Part shown: positions 12,916-25,304 of the stretch, in pieces
How positions within the stretch are numbered: position 1 is the first letter of the stretch
Layout: every line of letters begins with the position of its first letter
From: Heterodontus francisci
Lineage: Eukaryota
Assembly (NCBI RefSeq): GCF_036365525.1
Contig: NC_090373.1
Location: 97,683,461 to 97,747,460, forward strand
DNA: 64,000 bases
Direction: 5' to 3'
Position numbers and translations under genes: made by a program
Notes under the pieces: model-generated
What the model saw: the letters and a program-made list of their open reading frames with translations, nothing else
What the model was told of the DNA's origin: nothing
Databases searched by the model: none

Positions 12916-14760
12916 GGACATGCCTTTCATGAAGAAGAAACACTTCAATGAAAAAACATACTAGTATATTACATATTCAAAATTACTTTTCATGATATGT
13001 TTAAATAGTACATATTATTTGTCGGATAACTGTATAACACAATTTCATAATAGACAAAAATGAACCTGAATTTAAGACAAGATTAACAAAAGACCTAATG
13101 CAAAGGATCTAAACTGAAATAGCATTTTTCTTCACTATTTTGTCTGCTTCTCTGCAATAACATATTACAAGGTATAATAACACTTCTGAAATGCTTAATA
13201 ATAAAATGTAGATGACACCTTGGGCTGCATTTTAAGAGCTCTCAAAAAATGCAGGCCACGCACCAAAGAGGCATTACAATCTCCCGTGCGGCGGCTCATT
13301 TAAATGGCTGGGGCGTTCCGCCACCACCCCCCCAACCCAAATCACGTGGAGGGAGCGGGATGTCCATCGCCAGCAATGGCATCAGCTGCCTGTGCATGGG
13401 GACAGAGCAGGGTGGCACCATGGTTCAGTGATACCTCCCTGACTGCTCTCCTCCAGGCTGTGCGGGCAGGCGGGATGTCCTCTTCCCCAGCGATGTTAGG
13501 AAGAGGCCCTCCCACTTGACCAAGGCAGCCCGGCTGGAGGTGGCAGAGGAGATTAGTAACCATGAGTGGGTACAGTGCCATAAAAGGATGACCGCCCAGC
13601 TAAGAACCGCAAGAGTAAGTGTCAATTCACATCAGGGCTCCACTCATACTTGGTGTACCCACACAGAGTGGCCATGCCAAAGAAAGGGAGGTTGGGCAGG
13701 GAGTAAAGAAGTGACATGAATGGTGCAATGTTTGACTGAACTTACTGGTACTCAGAGAATGGCACCTAAAGGAGTGGCTCACTCAGTAGTGCACACTGAG
13801 CATCCCCCACCTTTGTGGCCAGCAACCCTCTTTTGACATGTATCGTGCTGTTGAATTGCCATTATTTATATCTGCCTCCTTGCTCCTCCAGGCAAAGAAG
13901 GCCCACAATTCGAGGGAGGCTACCCGCACCGGTGGAGGCACACCAGACATACAAAGGCTCACAGATGCTGAGGAGGAGGCCCTGGAGTTAGCAGCAAGCC
14001 AGTTGCCATGCTCATTTGGTCAATTGGACATCGGGGTCCATGGTGAACATACTTCCAATTGATATGAACAATGATCAATGTTGAATTTCGGTTCTGTGAT
14101 GCAATGCTTTTCTAATTGTGAAATGTTCTGCATCAAGACTGACAATGTCCTCTCCCCATTATGTCTTCCAGGTGAAAGCTCAGAGGCAAACCTGGCTGCG
14201 CGGGTGACCTCCCACACCTCGGAGGAAGAGCCATCCTCCGAGGAAGCAGTGTGCCATGACACTAACGCATCTTCCATCAGTGTAGATACAGCCACCTCGG
14301 TGGGTATCCACTCGGCTTTAGAGTGTGGGCCACAATCTGGTGAGAGCACTGCTCATGCGCCCGAGCAACTGACTGAGGCTGAGACAGCCGAGGCCCCTGA
14401 CAGTCGGAGACCTGTGAGTGGCCAGGTCCATGCTGAGCCCCAGGCTACTGATGACCCTCTGATGTCAGCAGCACATGGCATGCTAGAACTGATGAATAAG
14501 TACTGGAAACAGCAGGCGGAGATGCCACAGGCTGTGCGCAGCCTTGAGCGGACGATGCGGGAGTCCATCCATGCCATGACTGCTGCCATGTCCGAGGCAT
14601 ATGAATGCCTGGCTTCATCTATTGAGGTGGCAGCAGCCCTCTTGGTGAGTCAGAATCGATTAATACGCTCTGACCTGCAATCCCTCGCCGCTGCTGTGAC
14701 ATCCATTCAGCGATGGCTAGGCGAGAGAGGGACCAGGGGCATGGAGACTGTCGCTGCCCC

Positions 14761-15199
14761 TTTTTTTTATTTCCACAATATACTTTATTCATAAAAATAT
14801 GTAAAAAAATATGTTACAAAACAGTTCCAAACAGCACCAAGTCAAACAATACAAAGAATGCAAAGGAGATCAGTTTCCTTCAATACAGGAGTGAGTTGCC
14901 TCACAACCCTTCCATTTCATTTTACATGCCATGTACATTTTACAGCAAACAAATATTTTCCGGATACAGTTCGAGGGGTTTTCCATGGATCAGGTCCCTC
15001 AGTTGAGCTTGGTGGGGGGACCTTACACAGTGGTCTTTCCCCATTGAACCTTTGCTGCGGCTGCCCCAAGCTTTAGTGTGTCCCGCAGCGCATAGTCCTG
15101 GACCTTGGAATGTGCCAGTCTGCAACATTCCGTCGTGGACAACTCTTTGCGCTGGAAAGAATAGTGGAGTAGAGGGACAATAACTATCTTTATCATAAA
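14761..15199 (-). mobile_element. Tx1/L1-clade LINE 3' end, 5'-truncated
   Basis: Minus-strand translation FQRKELSTTECCRLAHSKVQDYALRDTLKLGAAAAKVQWGKTTV*, then AATAAA and poly-A. 14-bp TSD ACT(G/A)TCGCTGCCCC at 14747-14760 and 15200-15213. Confidence 0.8.
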
Positions 15200-15758
15200 A
15201 CTATCGCTGCCCCTGGTCCTTCCCGGGAGAGCAGAGGGGTTCAGACGAGCTCTGAGATGGAGGAGCGCGCCAGATCTGGGGTTCTCCCCTCAAGGTGATT
15301 CCAATGTGGATGCCCGCCCCTCTGCTGGTGATTCAAGCTCCAGCAGCCACGATGTCTTCGGAGAGTTCTGTGATGACGCAGGACTCCCTCAGCCAGCCGA
15401 GACCCTCCAGGTCTTGTGCACGCAGAGGATGACTGCCGAAGTTATCCACAGCCAAAGGGCAATCAGATCAGCAGCCTTCCTCCAGTCAGGCTGATAGCGC
15501 AGAGGTTGCACTAAGAAGGGGCACCTGCAAGCATTTAAAGAAAACACAGTAACACAAAAGGGAGTGCATGGGTGTCAAAGCATTGGAAATACGTTTGTTA
15601 CTAAATGTCCTTTTTTCTGTCTAAATGATGTGCGCCAGCATTTACCATTAATGTCGCATCCCTTTTAATCATTGGCCATTCAGGAATGCTAGTGTATGTA
15701 ATAGCATCATTGCCATGCCACCATTACTCATATGTGTCTCCACAGATGCAGTGACATG

Positions 15759-16100
15759 TTTAGAGATACAGCACTGAAACAGGCCCTTCGGCCCACCGAG
15801 TCTGTGCCGACCATCAACCACCCATTTATACTAATCCTACACTAATTCCATATTCCTACCACATCCCCACCTGTCCCTATATTTCCCTAACATCTACCTA
15901 TACTAGGGGCAATTTATAATGGCCAATTTACCTATCAACCTGCAAGTCTTTGGCATGTGGGAGGAAACCGGAGCATCCGGAGGAAACCCACGCAGACACA
16001 GGCAGAAGTTGCAAACTCCACACAGGCAGTACCCAGAATTGAACCCGGGTCGCTGGAGCTGTGAGGCTGCGGTGCTAACCACTGCGCCACTGTGCTGCCC
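15759..16100 (-). mobile_element. HE1-like V-SINE, full length
   Basis: Highly similar to 9703-10055 and to the reverse complement of 11637-11986. Confidence 0.92.
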
Positions 16101-16490
16101 AATGTACAATGGCTCAGTCTGCTGCTGCCTCTAATGGTTTACACAGGGATGCTGCAGATGTCGACTGCTACACAGCAGGTGAGCGAGGGTAATGTGTGGC
16201 TTGCAGGGCTCATGTTGGTTCAATGGAGCAGACAGCCTTTGTCTGATAAGCCACTGCTGTACATCCCTAGCTCCTACAAGCGGAACCTGGATGCCATCTG
16301 CCCTCCCATGCATCGTTTCTGTTGTAAGTCCTCAGCATTCTCATAGTCCAAGGAGGAATCCTGCTGACGTCTCTCCTCATCATGCCAGGCCTGTCCCCTA
16401 TTGGGTGTGTAGTTGTGCAGAGCACAGTGAGCAGCAAAGCAAGGAGCTGCCCTTTGCGCCTCGTAGTACAGGGTTGTGGTCTTCTCTACT

Positions 16491-17733
16491 TTAGATTAGA
16501 ACATTAGAACATTACAGCGCAGTACAGGCCCTTCGGCCCTCGATGTTGCGCCGACCTGTGAAACCATCTGACCTACACTATTCCATTTTCATCCATATGT
16601 CTATCCAATGACCACTTAAATGCCCTTAAAGTTGGCGAATCTACTACTGCTGCAGGCAGGGCGTTCCACGCCCTTACTACTCTCTGAGTAAAGAAACTAC
16701 CTCTCACATCTGTCCTATATCTATCACCCCTCAACTTGAAGCTATGTCCCCTCGTATTTGCCATCACCATCCGAGGAAAAAGACGCTCACTATCCACCCT
16801 ATCTAACCCTCTGATTATCTTATATGTCTCTATTAAGTCACCTCTCCTCCTCCTTCTCTCCAACGAAAACAACCTCAAGTCCCTCAGCCTTTCCTCATAA
16901 GACCTTCCCTCCATACCAGGCAACATCCTAGTAACTCTCCTCTGCACCCTTTCCATAGCTTCCACATCCTTCCTATAATGCGGTGACCAGAACTGCACGC
17001 AATACTCCAGGTGCGGCCGCACCAGAGTTTTGTACAGCTGCAGCATGACCTCGTGGCTCCGAAACTCGATCCCCCTACTAATAAAGGCTAACACACCATA
17101 TGCCTTCTTAACAGCCCTATTAACCTGGGAGCAACCTTCAGGGATTTATGCACCTGGACACCAAGATCTCTCTGTTCATCTACACTACCAAGAATCTTCC
17201 CATTAGCCCAGTACTCTGCATTGCTGTTACTCATTCCAAAGTGAATCACCTCACACTTTTCCGCATTAAACTCCATTTGCCATCTCTCAGCCCAGCTCTG
17301 CAGCCTATCTATGTCCCTCTGTACCCTACAACATCCTTCGGCACTATCCACAACTCCACTGACCTTAGTGTCATCTGCAAATTTACTAACCCACCCTTCT
17401 ACACCCTCTTCCAGGTCATTTATAAAAATGACAAACAGCAGTGGCCCCAAAACAGATCCTTGCGGTACACCACTAGTAACTAAACTCCAGGATGAACATT
17501 TGCCATCAACCACCACCCTCTGTCTTCTTTCAGCTAGCCAATTTCTGATCCAAAGCTCTAAATCACCTTCAACCCCATACTTCCGTATTTTCTGCAATAG
17601 CCTACCGTGGGGAACCTTATCAAACGCCTTACTGAAATCCATATACACCACATCCACTGCCTTACCCTCATCCACCTGTTTGGTCACCTTCTCGAAAAAC
17701 TCAATAAGGTTTGTGAGGCACGACCTACCCTTC
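16491..17733 (-). mobile_element. CR1/HER1-like LINE 3' portion (RT), 5'-truncated
   Basis: ORFs 17088-17687 (DFSKAFDKV, GVPQGSVLGP, FADDTK) and 16573-17094 (LVRPHLEYCVQFW). Tail of (atgttcta)n octamers. Confidence 0.93.
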
Positions 17734-18078
17734 AGCAGTAGGCTAACTTTATCAGTAGCTCACTCCAGAAGGTAAAACATGATCTGACCACAATCAAAAG
17801 CTTGTGAGTCTTCTGCCCTCTCAGGTGCTGCTGCCAGGCTTGTCCAATCAAGGAGCGCGTGACTGACTTCTCTGCCCACAGCTCCCTCTATTACCAGGGT
17901 TTCTGTTCTATTTTTAACTTGAGACATGTGACAACCAGTATACATTTTTGCCAAACTAGTTCTTTCAGTGTCCCCTTGATGACTCTTTTGAAAAAAAAAC
18001 TGGTCCAACATTTATTCAGTTTGACTATGAAATACTTCACGAATATTTTAATTTAAATAAATCACCTCCTTAACAATA

Positions 18079-18768
18079 TCTCTTCTCTCTTTGGCCTCGT
18101 CTCGAGAGACAATGGGTAAGTGCCTAGAGGTGGTCAGTGGTTTGTGGAGCAGCGCCTGGAGTGGCTATAAAGGTCAATTCTAGAGAGACAGACTCTTCCA
18201 CAGGTGCTGCAGATAAAATTGGTTGTTGGGGCTGTTACACAGTTGGCTCTTTCCTTGCACTTCTGTCTTTTTTCCTGTCAACTGCTAAGTCTGTGACTCG
18301 CCACTCTTTAGCCCTGCCTTTATGGCTGTCCACCAGCTCTGGCGATCACCAACAACTGACTTCCATGTCCTGTGGTCAATGTCACAAAACTTCATGTCGC
18401 GTTTGCAGACGTTTTTAAAGCGGAGGTCTGGATGGCCAGTGGGTCTGATACCAGTGACGAGCTCGCTGTACAATGCGTCCTTGGGGATCCTGCCATCTTC
18501 CATGCGGCTCACATGGCTAAGACATCTCAAGCGCCGCTGGCTCAGTCAAGTGCACATGCTGGGGATGTCGGCCACCTCGAGGACTTCTGTGTTGGAGATA
18601 CGGTCCTGCCACCTGATGCCAAGGATTCTCCGGAGGCAGCGAAGGTGGAATGAATTGAAATGTTGCTCTTGGCTGACGTACATTGTCCAGGCCTCACTGC
18701 CATAGAGCAAGGTACTGAGGACACAGGCTTGAAACACTCGGACTTTTGTGTTCCGTGTCAGTGCGCCA
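18079..18768 (-). mobile_element. RTE-clade LINE 3' fragment
   Basis: ACVLSTLLYGSEAW...CLRRILGIRWQDRISNTEVL and HVSRMEDGRIPKDALYSEL. Homologous to 40563-41214. Confidence 0.9.
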
Positions 18769-19678
18769 TTTTAATATTAATTACAATTTTGGGAAATTTG
18801 GTGATAGTGATTTCAATTTCACATTTCAGACAACTTCAGACACCAACCAAATGATCTTGTTCTTTCCTTAGTTACTGCTGATTTTGTGCTGGGATTCATT
18901 ATACTACCTTAAAGCATGATCAAATTTTTTGAAACCTGTTCGAATTTTGGAGATACAGTTTGCAAACTCCACTCGAGTTCAGATTTAACACTGACCACAG
19001 CACAAGTTTTAGTTTATACTTTATTGCCATAACTGTTACTATGCTGTGTGTGTGATCCTTTACTCTACCAAAATCACTCTGCCTGTAATTGGTATGTTTT
19101 TTACATTTACTTGGGTGTTTTCCATATTTTTTGGGTTTAGTCTTGTTTATTCAGATCACACTATAGCTGGAATGGAGAATTACATAGCTGGTACTTGATG
19201 TCAAGGCAGCAGCGTGCTCATATTTAATAAGCTGTGGGGGCATCTGGATACAGTGATTGCATTTTTAATTCCTAGTTTTATCATTGTAGGTGCATATCTC
19301 AAGATATTTTTCATAGCAAGAGAACATTCCAAAGTAATTGGAAAGAAGATAAACAAGATTCACTCCACAGAAGAAACCAATACCACAATCTCATATAATA
19401 AAGAACACAGGGCAGCTAAAAAATTAGGTACAATAATAGTTGTCTTCATAATCTTCTGGATTCCATTTTATGTAAACAGTGTTCTTGACGCATACATTAA
19501 TTTCACTTCCCCAGCAGTTTTATACGATTTTTTTGGGTGATTTGGTTATTTGAATTCCACATTTAACCCAATGTTTTATAGTTTCTTTCACCCTTGGTTT
19601 CAGAAAGCACTAAAATATATCCTGTCTTTTAAAATATTTCAGCCTGAGTCTTGCATGATTCATTTGTTCCTGAAATAA
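18769..19678 (+). pseudogene. TAAR: TAAR pseudogene, N-terminus lost at the RTE junction, multiple stops and frameshifts
   Basis: [25 protein letters not shown], stop/frameshift at ~18852, TAA at ~18910, damaged DRY, NKLWGHLDTVIAFLIP, HRAAKKLG, FWIPFY, TGA at W7.40 (19538-19540), [21 protein letters not shown]. Confidence 0.9.
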
Positions 19679-19882
19679 ATGTTCCTGAAACCTGAGATTT
19701 GACAATCTTTGTTACAGTGTATATCAGCAATATTCTTATGAAAATATTAAATGCTACTTTATCTAAAGTGTGAATAGTTTTTTTAGAGTTGGTCTATTAA
19801 AATAATCTGCTTATTTATTATGTATATGTGCAATAGTTTTTTATTTGACTCATGAAAGTCACCGATACACTAGTCACACTAC

Positions 19883-20855
19883 TGTGACGGAAACCACACC
19901 TGCCAAATGGAAACATATTAATTTCGTCATATGGAACACTATTTGAAACGCTTACTGGACATTGAACATAACTTGTTTAAAAAGACCATAGAGTAGTGGT
20001 TAAAAACATGGCTGCACATTTGCATTGTGAGAGACAGTTGCACAGAAAGACAATGGAAGTGCTCCCTGATTCAATTATCCAGATGGGTTTGTCAGTAGTG
20101 ATGATCAAAGGACATTGAGGGTCATTGTCTGTGTAAGAGCCAGCATTCCACCCGCCCCCCCTCACTGAGTGTGCCTGGTAAGCTTTGAAGAATCAACAAA
20201 CCTCTCAGCCGATGCTGTCTCAAAAAAAGAGCTAGTCACCTGACTAGCCTGCTGGCCAACCTAGAAATTGATGGAATTGTGCTCACAGTAAAGTTTTGAG
20301 GCAGACTCCATTTTGAAGACCAACGAGAAGTAAAGTCTCTCTCTCTCTCACACACAAAGTTCCAGGGACCCTTGGAAGTAACTTAAGCCTCAAGATAGAA
20401 GACCCCTGCAGCCTTCTGGTACCAGTGAAACAAGTTTGAAAGTGTGCACTGGGCCCCACTGAGAATTGCAAGACTTAATTTCAATCAAAGACTTTACATC
20501 CAACCCAAAACAAGTAACTGAATACCATCTACTACTTCAAACCTTCCCCCTTTTAATTATTTCTCCTCCTCTGTATCTATTTGGGTGTGTGTTTATTGCG
20601 TATGCATGCTAGTGTGGTTGCATCATGTATTTTTAATAGTTTTAACTGAGATGGAGTTTTAAGGTTAATAAACTTACACCTTCTTTACCTTACACCTGAG
20701 AAAACCTGTCTGGTTGATTCCTTTACCATTACCATTAGAGAGCTCACTAAGGGGAAGCTAAAAACACCGTATTTTAAAAGTTAAACCCTGTTATGGCCAA
20801 ACCAGGAAAAGGCCAAGAGGGGATCCCTAGACCCCTTCCTCACCTGGTCGCAACA
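19883..20855 (+). mobile_element. Solo LTR (~973 bp)
   Basis: TGTGACG...CGCAACA termini, 4-bp TSD CTAC (19879-19882 and 20856-20859), AATAAA at ~20666. Second copy at 3245-4111. Confidence 0.85.
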
Positions 20856-23800
20856 CTACCCATTTTGTATCGAGCCAAAGGAGTTTCAGATCAATGCAAA
20901 AATGGAAGTTGGAGGAAGTTGTACTTCAGGTTTTAGCAAGCAGTGAAACCATGAGCAGGAAGCAGAGAGCGGGAAACAGCGAGAGCAGAGCCGAGCATAA
21001 AGAGACCGGGAAAGAGAGCGAGAGTTTGAAAACAAAGTGAATAGTGACATCACAGGAAAGCTGCAAGGTGATTGGTTGGTGAGTAACTGCTGTTAGGGAA
21101 TAACTCTAAATAGCTGGGTTAGTAACTAAAGTAAAGAGAAAGGTAAGTCGACAGTTTTTTTATATAGTAAGTAGTGTTTATTAGGGAATTGAGGTTCCTG
21201 GTGTAAATAATCTCTAATTTTTGAGTAATTTAAGGGAGTAAATTAAGGGTAAGTCATGGCAGGGCAGCTCAGCAGCGTGGTGTGCTCCTCCTGTGCAATG
21301 TGGGAAGTCAGGGACACTTTCAGTGTCCAAGGCGAACACGTGTGCAGGAAGTGTCTCCAGCTGCAGCTACTCGAAATCCGCATTTTGGATCTGGAGCGGC
21401 GGCTGGTGACGCTGTGGAGCATCCACGAGGCTAATATCATCGTGGATAGCATGTACAGGGAGGTGGTCACATCGCAAGTAAAGACTGCTCAGGCAGAAAG
21501 TGAATGGGTGACCACCAAGCAGAGTAGAAGAACTAGGCAGGTAGTGCAGGGGGCCCTGGGCCCATTTCCCACTCTAACAGATTTTCCACTTTGGATACTG
21601 TTGAGGGAGATAGCTTCTCAGGGAAATGCAGCAAGAGCCAAGTCTATGGCACAACAAGTGGTTCAGCTGCACAGGAGGGGAGGAAAAAGAGTGGGCGAGC
21701 TATAGTGATAGGGGATTCTATTGTAAGGAGTACAGATAGGCGTTTCTGTGGCCACAAACGTGACTCCAGGATGGTAGGTTGCCTCCCTGATGTTAGGATA
21801 AAGGATGTCACGGAGCGGCTGCAGGACCTTCTGGAGGGGGAGGGTGAACAGTCAGAGGTCATGGTTCACATTGGTACCAATGACATACGACATAAGTTGA
21901 AAGCGGGATGAGGTCCTGCAACAAGAATTTAGGGAGCTAGGTAGCAGATTAAAATGCAGGACCTCAAAGGTTGCAAGTGAGTATAGAAATAGGAGGATAG
22001 AGCAGATGAATGCGTGGCTGAAGAGATGGTGCAGGAGGGAGAGCTTTAGTTTCCTGGTTCACTGGATCTGTTTCTGGCAAGGGTGGGACCTGTACAAGTC
22101 GGACAGGTTACACCTGAACCGGAACGGGACCAACATCCATGCAGGGAGGTTTGCTAGTGCTGTTGCGGGGGGTGCGGTGGGTGCGGCGTTTAAACTAATT
22201 TGGCAGAGGGATGGGATACAGAGTGGAGGTACAGTAGAGGATGATGCACAGCCAAATATAGAAGAAAAACTAAGTCTGTTTGGAAGGCAGAGCAAATATA
22301 GACCTGTTAAGGCACAAGTGAATAATGCAAGGCTGAACTGTATCGATTTTAATGCAAGGAGTCTTACAAGTAAGGCAAATGAATTGAAGGCGTTGATTAA
22401 CACATGGGAATATGATATTACTGCTATCACAGAGACATGGTTGACGAAAGGGCAGGACTGGCAGCTCCATATTTCAGGGTATTGAATCTTCAGGTGTGAC
22501 GGGGGGTGGGGGAGGGGGTGTAAAAGAGGAGATGGCATTGCACTATTGATCAAGGAGTCAATTACCGCAGTAAGAAGGAATGATATCTCAGAAGGTTCCT
22601 CTAATGAAGCCTTATGGGTAGAACTTAAAAACCAAAAGGGGGCAATCACTTTGTTGGGAGTGTACTACAGGCCTCCAACCAGTCAGGGAGAGATAGAGGA
22701 GCAGATATGTAGGCAAATCTCAGAGAGGTGTAAAAATAATAGGGTAATAATTGTAGGGGATTTCAACTTCCCCAATATCAACTGGAATAGTCTAAGTGCA
22801 AAAGGCTTAAAGGGGGCAGAATTCTGAAACAGCATCCAGGAGAGCTTTTTGAGCCAGCACGTAGAAAATCCTACAAGAGAAGGGGCGGTACTGGATCTAA
22901 TCTTAGGGAATGAAGCTGGACAAGTGGTAGAAGTGTCAGTGGGGGAGCATCTCAGGGATAGTGACCATAACTCGAAGATTTAATGTTGTTATTGAAAAGG
23001 ACAAAGATAGACCGGAAATAAAAGTACTGAATTGCGGGAAGGCCAATTTCAATATGATAAAACAGGATCTGGCCAAAGTGGACTGGGAGCAGATACTTGT
23101 AGGAAAGTCTAGGTCAGACTAGTGGGAGTCATTCAAAAAGGAAATAGTGAGAGTTCAGGGCCAACATGTTCCCATAAAGTTGAAGGGTAGGACCAACAAA
23201 TCCAGGGAACCCAGGATGCCAAGGGATATAGAGGATTGGACAAGGAAAAGAAAGGAGGCTTATGGCAGATTCAGAGTGCTGAAAACAGCAGAGGCACTAG
23301 AGGAGTATAGAAAGTGTAGGGTTGTACTTAAAAAGTAATTAGGAGAGCGAAAAGGGGTAATGAAAAAACACTGGCAGGCAAGATAAGGGAAAATCCCAAG
23401 GCGTTTTATAAGTATATTAAGGGCAAGAGGATAACCAGGGAAAGAGTAGGGCCCATTAGGGACCAAAGTGGCAATGTGTGTGTGGAGCCAGAGGCCATAG
23501 ATGAGGTTTTGAATGATTACTTTTCATCTGTGTTCACTATGGAGAAGGACGATGTAGGTGTAGAAATCAGGGAAAGGGGATTGTGATATACTCAAAAAGT
23601 TAGCATTGAAAGGGAGAAGGTATTAATGGTTTTAGCGGGCTTAAAAGTGATAAATCCCCAGACCCAGATGAGATGTATCCCAGGCTGCTATGTGAGCCAA
23701 GGGAGAAGATAGGAGGGACTCTGACACAAATTTTCAAATCCTCTCTGGCCACAGGAGAGGTACCAGAGGACTGGAGGACAGCGAATGTGGTACTATTATT

Positions 23801-24465
23801 CAAGAAGGGTATCAGGGATAAACCAGGTAATTACAGGCCAGTGAGACTAACATCAGTGGTAGGGAAACTATTGGAAAAGATTCTGAGGGACAGGATTAAT
23901 CTCCACTTGGAGAGGCAAGGATTAATCAGGAATAGTCAGCATGGCTTTGTCAAGGGAGATCATGTCTAACAAATTTGATTGAATTTTTCAAGGAGGTGAC
24001 AAGGTGTGTAGATGAGGGTAAAGCAGTTGATGTAATCAACATGGACTTCAGTAAGGCTTTTGATAAGGTCCCGCATGGGAGATTGGTCAAGAAGGTCAGA
24101 GCCCATGGGATCCAGGATAATTTGGCAAATTGGATACAAAATTGGCTTCGTGGCAGGAGGCAGAGGGTGATGTTCCAGGGTTGTTTTTGCAATTGGAAGC
24201 CTGTGACCAGTGGTGTACCGCAGGGATCGGTGCTGGGACCTTTGCTGTTTGTAGTGTACAATAATGATTGAGACGTGAATATAGGAGGTATGATCAGTAA
24301 TTTCGCAGATGACATGAAAATTGGTGGTGACGTAAATAGTGAGGAGGAAAGTCTTAGATTACAGGACGATATAGATGGGCTGGTAAGATGAACAGGGCAG
24401 TGGCAGATGGAATTTAATCCTGAGAAGTGTGAAGTGATGCATTTAGGAGGACTAACAAGGCAAGG

Positions 24466-24715
24466 CAACCACCTGCAAGTTCCCCTCCAAGTCACAGACC
24501 ATCCTGACTTGGAACTATATCGCCGTTACTTCAGTGTCGCTGGGTCAAAATCCTGGAACTCCCTTCCTAACAGCACTATGGGTATATCTACCCCAAATGG
24601 ACTGCAGCGCTTCAAGAAGGCAGCTCACCACCACCTTCTCAAGGGCAACTAGGGATGGGCAATAAATGCTGGCCTGGCCAGTGATGCCCACATCCCATGA
24701 ATGAATTAAAAAAAA
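24466..24715 (+). mobile_element. 3' fragment of the SINE-headed LINE family (46831-50095), inserted into CR1
   Basis: Near-identical to 49846-50095 (accacctgcaagttcccctccaagtcac...ccaccaccttctcaagggcaa...cccacatcccatgaatgaatt plus poly-A). It includes ORF sequence absent from the SINE. Confidence 0.9.
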
Positions 24716-25304
24716 GGATGGTTGGACCCTAGGGAGTACAGAATGTCAGGGGGACCTTGGTGTACTTGTCCATAGATCACTGAAGGCAGCAGCACAGGTA
24801 GATAAGGTGGTTAGGAAGGCATATGGGATACTTGCCTTTATTAACCGAGGCATAGAATAGAAGAGCAGGGAGGTTATGATGGAACTGTATAAATGCTAAT
24901 TAGGCCACAGCTGGAGTACTGTATACAGTTCTGGTCACCACACTATAGGAAGGATGCGATTGCACTGGAGAGGTGCAGAGGAGATTCACCTGGATGTTGC
25001 CTGGGCTGGAGCATTTCAGCTCTGAAGAGAGACTGGATAGGCTAGAGTTGTTTTCCTTAGAGCAGAGAAGGCTGTGGGGGGACTTGATTGAGGTATACAA
25101 AATTATGAGGGGCATAGATAGGGTAAATTGAAAGAACATTTTTCACTTAGCAGAGGGGTCAATAACAAGGGGGCATAGATTTAAGGTAAGGGGCAGGAGA
25201 TTTAGAGGGGATTTGAAGAAAACTTTTTTTCACCCAGAGGGTGGTTGGAATCTGGAATACACTGTCTGAAGGGCTGGTGGAGGCAGGAACCCTCACGACC
25301 TTTA

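Larger units (their letters stand above)
13222..16430 (+). mobile_element. PIF/Harbinger transposon remnant: left TIR, spliced Myb/SANT-like gene (+), transposase C-terminus (-)
   Basis: TIR-like GGGCTGCATTTT at 13222. APWFSDTSLTALLQAV...TKAARLEVAEEI...WVQCHKRM is followed by a donor gtaagt (~13615); the next exon is AKKAHNSREATRTGGG...LTDAEEEALEL. Minus-strand CALHNY near 16410-16427. The right part is missing. Confidence 0.75.

Noticed and set aside
14078-14794. 238-aa ORF as a host gene
   Set aside because: It is an exon of the Harbinger Myb/SANT partner gene, truncated by the Tx1 insertion.
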